Of a stretch of DNA of 64,000 nucleotides, positions 58,604-64,000 are shown piece after piece (positions within the stretch are counted from its first letter, which is position 1; the number at the start of each line of letters is the position of its first letter). Source of the DNA: an uncultured Gammaproteobacteria bacterium (lineage in GTDB: Bacteria > Pseudomonadota > Gammaproteobacteria > JACCXJ01); the NCBI GenBank assembly GCA_963764725.1, contig CAVXTM010000001.1, positions 32,001 through 96,000 on the forward strand, read 5' to 3'. Under the pieces are notes generated by a model. The model searched no databases and had not been told where the DNA came from. It was given only the letters and a program-made list of their open reading frames with translations. The position numbers and the translations under genes were made by a program.

Positions 58604-59053
58604 TCAGGGCGAGCCCGCCGACCGGATGGTCAGCACAGGGACCTCAGAGTTGCGCACCACCCGCTCCGCCACACTTCCGAGAAACACGTGCGACAGCCCC
58701 GTGCGTCCGTGGGTACCGATGACGACGAGATCCGCCCGGTGCTCTTTGGCGGCCTCTACAATCTGGAGGTAGGGTATGCCCTCGAGGAGATGGGTGCTCG
58801 TCTCAGGCCCCTCGACCGTCTTCCTTTTGACGAACTGCTCGAGCCGCTCGCGTAGCCGCATCGCCAGGTTTTCCTGCACGTAAGGGGGCAGCTCCACGGC
58901 ACCGTCCTCGACCGCAAAGTTTGGAAACTGGTAGACGTGGATGGCATCGACTTGCGCCCCCAGCCGCTCGGCCAGTGCCAGGGCATACTGCAAGGCCCGC
59001 GCAGAGGGTTCGGAGAAATCGACGGCACACAGAATTCGATTAATGACGAGCAT
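58604..59053 (-). CDS. Universal stress protein, close paralogue of 38986-39444
   Basis: Near-identical protein (MLVINRILC...FPNFAVEDGAV...). Confidence 0.93.
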   Translation of the reverse strand: MLVINRILCAVDFSEPSARALQYALALAERLGAQVDAIHVYQFPNFAVEDGAVELPPYVQENLAMRLRERLEQFVKRKTVEGPETSTHLLEGIPYLQIVEAAKEHRADLVVIGTHGRTGLSHVFLGSVAERVVRNSEVPVLTIRSAGSP

Positions 59054-59291
59054 GAGATTCTCCTTGCATGATTACTAGCATCGCATTTAAAAACATCGCC
59101 TGCTCCGGGAATCGCAGATGCACCGACCGCCGCCGTCTTTCCCCGGGCTGGTGTCAAATCATACCCAAAATCTGATACGCGAAGGTGGTCTGGGTCAAGC
59201 CGGGCTAGCGATGCCCCGAGGCCTGCACGCAGCCCCGGCTGGGTACGGTCGAGGGCCTGCATTTGGGACTTCTCATCGTGTAGGAAAGTAT

Positions 59292-59510
59292 ATGACTGAC
59301 CAAATCAAAACCGCGCCGACGATCCTTCGGCGCAAACAAGTGGAAGCCCGCATCGGACTCTCGCGGACAACGCTTTATCTTCTCATCTTCAAAGGAACAT
59401 TCCCTCTCCAGGTGAAGCTTGGCGGGCCGCATGCGGTCGGCTGGATCGAAAGCGAGATCGAGGCTTAGCTGTCCCGACAAATTGAACAAAGCCGAAATGC
59501 AATTCCTCTC
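59292..59510 (+). pseudogene. AlpA-family regulator/excisionase with premature stop
   Basis: ILRRKQVEARIGLSRTTLY...FPLQVKLG...AVGWIESEIEA*LSRQI (TAG where Trp is expected). Confidence 0.8.
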
Positions 59511-59537
59511 TGCAGAAGGATCGGCCCAATACCCCGC

Positions 59538-60272
59538 TCAAGAGTTGGCCACAAGGTGTGCTGCCAGGCCGGGTGCCAGGCGCATGAGCCAGGGGAGATA
59601 CCTTACCTGGCCGACGAACACCTCGTCACGACCGCGCTCGATTGCGCGTAAGGTCGCATCCACCACCGCCGCTGGGCTCATCTTGCGCCCGGGCATATTG
59701 GCGGTCAGCGGGGTATCGACGAACGGAGGTAAGGTTTCAACGACGCGGATCCCGCAACCATCGAGCTGATAGCGAAGGGCGCGGGTAAACGCGCGTAGAC
59801 CGGCCTTGGTGGCCGAGTAGACAGGGGCGCGACGAGCAGGCAGCAATGCATAGCCCGAGGTGACCATCAGTATCAACGGTTCACGCCCTTCCCGGAGCAA
59901 AGGTAAAAACCGACGCGTGAGGAGGATCGGGGCCGTTAGGTTCGTCTCAATCTCGCGCGCGATAGTCGCATCGTCAACCTCATCGTCACGGACGTTCACC
60001 TGTGTCATGACCCCGGCGTTGTTCACCAGCATATCGAGCCGACCGCACTTGTTTGCAATGTGATCGCGCAAGGCATCGACCTCCCGAGCTGAGGCGATAT
60101 CGCAACGCCAGGCATCGATCCCTGGGTGTGCCGCACGCAATTCGCTCAATGTGCGCGCATTGCGGCCACAAGTGAACACCCGCGCGCCGGCTGCAACGAA
60201 GCGATCGACAAACGCCCGACCGATGCCGGAGTTACCGCCGGTGATGAGAACGATGCGATCCCGGTAATTCAT
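59538..60272 (-). CDS. SDR oxidoreductase (DltE-like)
   Basis: TGGNSGIG, NNAG and YSATK motifs. Confidence 0.92.
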   Translation of the reverse strand: MNYRDRIVLITGGNSGIGRAFVDRFVAAGARVFTCGRNARTLSELRAAHPGIDAWRCDIASAREVDALRDHIANKCGRLDMLVNNAGVMTQVNVRDDEVDDATIAREIETNLTAPILLTRRFLPLLREGREPLILMVTSGYALLPARRAPVYSATKAGLRAFTRALRYQLDGCGIRVVETLPPFVDTPLTANMPGRKMSPAAVVDATLRAIERGRDEVFVGQVRYLPWLMRLAPGLAAHLVANS

Positions 60273-60414
60273 CGCTGCATCCCTCGAACTCGAAGCCCCC
60301 AAAAGGACTCTGTTCAACACTTGAGTGTAGAAAGATCGGTTTCGGATAATTTGACCATAACGACATCGGCGCTGGGAAGCGATATTCTTGCGCCTGCAAT
60401 GTTAACGAGTCAGG

Positions 60415-61290
60415 GTGAGAAGTGACTCCATATTGAGGATTACCACGAAGCTCCGCCGCTGGGTTATGGTGCTACTCGTGACAGCGATCACAGCAGTGGA
60501 AATAGGCGCTATGGACTCCATCGAGAAGAATGAATCTGATGTGGAAAGGAGTATCTGTGGTTTCCTACGCGAGCCCTTCGCCTTCTGGTCGTTTCAGCTG
60601 ACGGCTGGCGCGCCCGATGCGAAACGCACGCGCGCAATACCCGGGATCGAGCGCTTGTCTTTCACAACCCGCGATGGCCGAAGCTTAGGCGGTTACAAGC
60701 TGCGCGCGGTGGCGCCTTGGGGCTACCTCTTGGTCGCCCAGGGGAATGCCATGCTGGCGGACCAAATCATCGGTGAGTTGCAATTCTTCCGGGATTTTGG
60801 CCTGGACGTTTACATTTATGACTACCGTGGCTATGGACTATCGGGGGGCAAAAGTCGACTCAAAGCGCTTATTTCTGACTACCAAGAGATCATTCGGGCG
60901 TTGAACGCCCAGGATTACCGCCGTCGTTTTTTGTATGGCATTTCGATGGGCGGCATAATCCTCTTGGATGCAGTCGGAATCACCGATGAGTATGACGCCG
61001 CCGTCATCGATTCTTCCCCAAGCCGGATCTCCCCTTTAGGGTGCCCGGAGGAATACGATCCGATCAACCACTTACCCATCGATGCCTCAGGGATAAAGAT
61101 CGTGATCGGGCTGAGCGATCGAGTGGTCCCCGCCGCAGAGATAGAAGAGATGGCGAAGGAGGCACAAAGCCGTGGGGCGGCGGTGTCGAAACATCCGGAG
61201 TTTGCCCATCCGTTCCAAGATTTCAGCTTGGAGACGCATCTCCGCCGGTTTCAGGAGGTGGCGGATTTTTTCACACGATGGCGGCCCTGA
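60415..61290 (+). CDS. Alpha/beta hydrolase
   Basis: YDYRGYGLSGG, GISMGG nucleophile elbow, DRVV and HPF; start uncertain. Confidence 0.85.
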   Translation: MRSDSILRITTKLRRWVMVLLVTAITAVEIGAMDSIEKNESDVERSICGFLREPFAFWSFQLTAGAPDAKRTRAIPGIERLSFTTRDGRSLGGYKLRAVAPWGYLLVAQGNAMLADQIIGELQFFRDFGLDVYIYDYRGYGLSGGKSRLKALISDYQEIIRALNAQDYRRRFLYGISMGGIILLDAVGITDEYDAAVIDSSPSRISPLGCPEEYDPINHLPIDASGIKIVIGLSDRVVPAAEIEEMAKEAQSRGAAVSKHPEFAHPFQDFSLETHLRRFQEVADFFTRWRP

Positions 61291-61937
61291 AGACAGGGTT
61301 ACCGCTGTTCGTCGTCATCGCCCTCGGTGTTGCTTGTGCGGTAGCGGTTAAGAACGATGCTTACTTATTTCACCAAGAGGGACTGACGACCCCGGTCTAT
61401 TTGGTCAGCGACCATTGGCATGCCGGCGTTGTGATCAAGATCTCCGACATCCCGCGCGACCTGGTGCCGGAAAGTCACGATTTTCCCGAGGCCGACTACC
61501 TAGAGTTTAGCTGGGGCGATTGGGATTTTTATCAGGCGCCGAATTTCAACTTGGGCTACGCAATCAAAGCCCTGTTATTTCCGACCAAGAGCGTGTTGCA
61601 TGTCGTTGGTTTCAGCGGACCGGTAGTAAATTATGCGCCCCATCGGGAGATTATCCAATTCCGTCCTTCGTCGCGCAATTTTGAGCGCTTGGCGGCCTAT
61701 ATCGATGAGAGTTTTGCGAGACTGGTCACGGGAGCTGCGGCGCCATTAGGCCGAGGGCTTTATGGCAACAGCCGGTTCTACCCGGCACGGGGGAAGTTTC
61801 ATCTATTCAACACGTGTAATACCTGGGCAGCCCGTGCCCTAGGGGCTGCGGGTTATCCAATATCGCCCGCCGTCATGGTGGATACGCTGGTGTCAGAGGC
61901 GCGCCAGTTCGGCGAGGCAATTCAAGCGGGGCGTTGA
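61278..61937 (+). CDS. DUF2459 domain protein
   Basis: WHAG, WGDWDFY and FHLFNTCNTW motifs. Confidence 0.8.
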   Translation: MAALKTGLPLFVVIALGVACAVAVKNDAYLFHQEGLTTPVYLVSDHWHAGVVIKISDIPRDLVPESHDFPEADYLEFSWGDWDFYQAPNFNLGYAIKALLFPTKSVLHVVGFSGPVVNYAPHREIIQFRPSSRNFERLAAYIDESFARLVTGAAAPLGRGLYGNSRFYPARGKFHLFNTCNTWAARALGAAGYPISPAVMVDTLVSEARQFGEAIQAGR

Positions 61938-62023
61938 GGCGTCCTGCAAGCAGGTGGAAACCGTGGCGAATACTCGGGCACGTGCTTAAGGGATCTTCGG
62001 GTCTATGATAGTCGTCGATGAGC

Positions 62024-62057
62024 AGAGTCGTCTTATCCGAGAGGATAAGACGACTCT
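62024..62057. terminator. Perfect 15-bp hairpin with GAGA loop between convergent genes
   Basis: AGAGTCGTCTTATCC-GAGA-GGATAAGACGACTCT; no poly-T tail. Confidence 0.55.
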
Positions 62058-62065
62058 CTCTGCGC

Positions 62066-62152
62066 TCATGAGGTTCGAATAAAGTAAAAGAGCGCCCCGA
62101 GCGCGAGTACGATGCAAACTACCGGGGCCAGGGCTAGAATTTCTGTAAACAT
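62066..62152 (-). CDS. 28-aa single-transmembrane small protein
   Basis: Strong RBS (AGGAGGGAAGGA); MFTEILALAPVVCIVLALGALFYFIRTS. Confidence 0.55.
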   Translation of the reverse strand: MFTEILALAPVVCIVLALGALFYFIRTS

Positions 62153-62314
62153 ATTCCTTCCCTCCTACCGAGGCTACGATACGATATTAAACCGCCGCAC
62201 GTTGCCATGGAACGCAATTCTTATGGGCATCATATTAATTGTATGCCGAGAATCATCATTATCAAGCCATCGTTAGCACAAATTTAGCTGCTACCCCAAG
62301 CAAACTGATTTTTC

Positions 62315-63820
62315 GGTGTTGTTTCAGTTTGAATTTCGGCTTACGACCCCTTGCAGACGCTCACTGGAGATGGAAGCTGACATTCATGTGGACCTCGTGA
62401 CGACATGGACCTTCTTCTGTTGAAGGCCCAAAAGCTCGGATCAGTCCGATTTCCTCACTGGTCCAGCCTTATCGGTACACTCCAGCCAACACGTCAGGGG
62501 TATGCGGCCGCGACGCCCGCCTTGTGCTCCTCGCGCATCCCAGCCTCAAGGCTGTCGAGCCAGTCCAACAACGCATCCCAACTGCGCAGGCTGAATGCCT
62601 CCACACCATAGCGTTTCTGGAGATTTACCGTCGGCATACAGACAAGGCCGGCCATGAAAATGTCGATCACGATGGCGTCGCAATACGGCGCATACAGCGA
62701 GATGTGCTTGATGTCCTCAAACACGCCCTTCAAGCGCTGGCGCGCTTCTTTTCGGTTCGAGAACGTACCACGCTTTACCATTTCCCGCATCGTCGCGAAC
62801 ATGTGCGACGAGAGCCACATGTACGGCACCTCAGCAAAGTGCGGTGATTGGAAGAAATCTATACAGCGCCGGACGCGTTCCGGGAGCGGTTGATCCTTCG
62901 GCAGGCAATACATCATGTGCTCCATCACCTTTGCGACCATGGGCGAATTGATGGCGGCGTTGAAGTCACCCTCAGCGTAGCGCTTGATCATCGTGAGATA
63001 CGTGTGCACGTACTGGCGGCCTGCATCATGAATTTCCAAGGCCACGGCTTCGTTAAAAGTCTGAGTTGAGACCTGCCACTGGTCGAGCACCTTGACCAGT
63101 TCGTCCACCGCCTCTTCCTTCAACCGACGCTTCAACTCAATATCGCACATGTAACCGCCAACATCGATGCGGAAGTAGCCGTCCCATTTGTCCAGGGCAC
63201 CCTGGATGGCATCCCGGTCTTCAACGATGTACTCCGGCGGCTGGTCCTTCAAGAATGCCTCCCAGGCTTTCAGCACCTGCTTGCGTTCTACGTTGTAGTG
63301 CTTCTCGAACTTTACGCCGCGCGACGTGGCTTTGATGAATTCCATTAGCTGATCCTCGTGGCCCCGCCACTGGTGCGTTTCGTCTTCGTGAACCGAAGAA
63401 TATGGAGCGACGAGCAGCTGCAGGCGGCACATTCGCTTGACGCGCTCAGTGGCTACTTTGAAGCGCGGGTCTTTTCTGCGCAACGCACCGGAGAAAAAGA
63501 ACTGGTCGAGGTAAATAACCTTCTTGCGGATCTCTGGCAGCCACACAACGCGCTGGTATTGGCAGTACTTACAGCCTCGGAGGACATATTCGCGCACTGA
63601 GACATTGCCGAAGCTGTCCTTCGCCCCGCACCCAGGGCAATCGCCAAGCACTCTAGTCACCAGCATCGCTTCCGGTTTCCGTCGGTTCTGTCGTCAAGAT
63701 CCCCCGGGTCCAACCATCCAACATAGTTTAGCGGGAGATCGTCGCTGACCGTCAGCTATCGGGCAAGACTCTCAAGGTCCGGTCATGGCCGATAGCCGAA
63801 ATTCAAACTGAGACACTACC
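62315..63820. mobile_element. Non-autonomous transposable cassette (1506 bp) with one passenger gene
   Basis: 27-bp inverted repeats at 62315-62341 and 63794-63820 (24/27 identical), flanked by the direct repeat GATTTTTC (62307-62314, 63821-63828); no transposase inside. Confidence 0.88.
62494..63666 (-). CDS. Hypothetical protein, N-terminal Zn ribbon plus PIN-like domain
   Basis: CPGC...CKYC; VIYLDQ, SSVHEDE, EDIKH and YCDAIVID acidic pattern. Confidence 0.7.
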   Translation of the reverse strand: MLVTRVLGDCPGCGAKDSFGNVSVREYVLRGCKYCQYQRVVWLPEIRKKVIYLDQFFFSGALRRKDPRFKVATERVKRMCRLQLLVAPYSSVHEDETHQWRGHEDQLMEFIKATSRGVKFEKHYNVERKQVLKAWEAFLKDQPPEYIVEDRDAIQGALDKWDGYFRIDVGGYMCDIELKRRLKEEAVDELVKVLDQWQVSTQTFNEAVALEIHDAGRQYVHTYLTMIKRYAEGDFNAAINSPMVAKVMEHMMYCLPKDQPLPERVRRCIDFFQSPHFAEVPYMWLSSHMFATMREMVKRGTFSNRKEARQRLKGVFEDIKHISLYAPYCDAIVIDIFMAGLVCMPTVNLQKRYGVEAFSLRSWDALLDWLDSLEAGMREEHKAGVAAAYP

Positions 63821-63851
63821 GATTTTTCTAACCACACGTCAGTAGGCGCAG

Positions 63852-64000
63852 TCAGCGCTTATCGAGGATCGCTTCGGGGTCAAAAACCCGGCCGCCTTTG
63901 ACCACGGAATGGATGCGTCGGAGGTTACGGATATCGGCGAGCGGGTCAGCCTCGAGGACTAATAGATCTGCGAGCTTACCGGGTTCTAGGGTGCCGAGCT
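63852..64000 (-). CDS. Amidohydrolase family protein, C-terminus only
   Basis: LGTLEPGKLADLLVLEADPLADIRNLRRIHSVVKGG. Confidence 0.85.
   Translation of the reverse strand, partial: LGTLEPGKLADLLVLEADPLADIRNLRRIHSVVKGGRVFDPEAILDKR

Overview
This window looks like accessory, island-like DNA from a GC-rich proteobacterium, probably a gammaproteobacterium (inferred from ptsP, FNR, a Methylococcus-type cytochrome P460 and SmbP). It is littered with pseudogenes made by internal deletion and with decayed duplicates. Main modules in order: (1) a divergent lexA / mrfA-mrfB-dinB DNA-damage cassette with an alphaproteobacterial-type GAAC-N7-GAAC box, whose decayed twin lies just after a 3'-half tRNA-Ser att scar at 22950; (2) an intact IS630, remnants of IS21, IS5, ISL3 and integrase-core transposases, ptsP between two inverted nuoI relics, an in-frame hflK-hflC chimera, a MetF-MetV fusion and a phasin gene; (3) two sigma54-activator-controlled clusters, probably sulfur-related (DUF1326/DUF2182/SDR/DUF938 with a MetOD-type activator, and tauE-sqr'-yeeE-yeeE-DUF1264-cyt c-pdo with a PAS activator); (4) an FNR-box-rich low-oxygen and metal module (SmbP, cytochrome P460, four USP genes, Rv2004c-like kinase, MprF, multicopper oxidase, Pat acetyltransferase, FNR, P-type ATPase); (5) a transposase-less 1.5-kb cassette with 27-bp terminal inverted repeats and an exact 8-bp target duplication, carrying one Zn-ribbon/PIN-like gene. 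All family assignments come from recognising motifs by eye, not from database searches.
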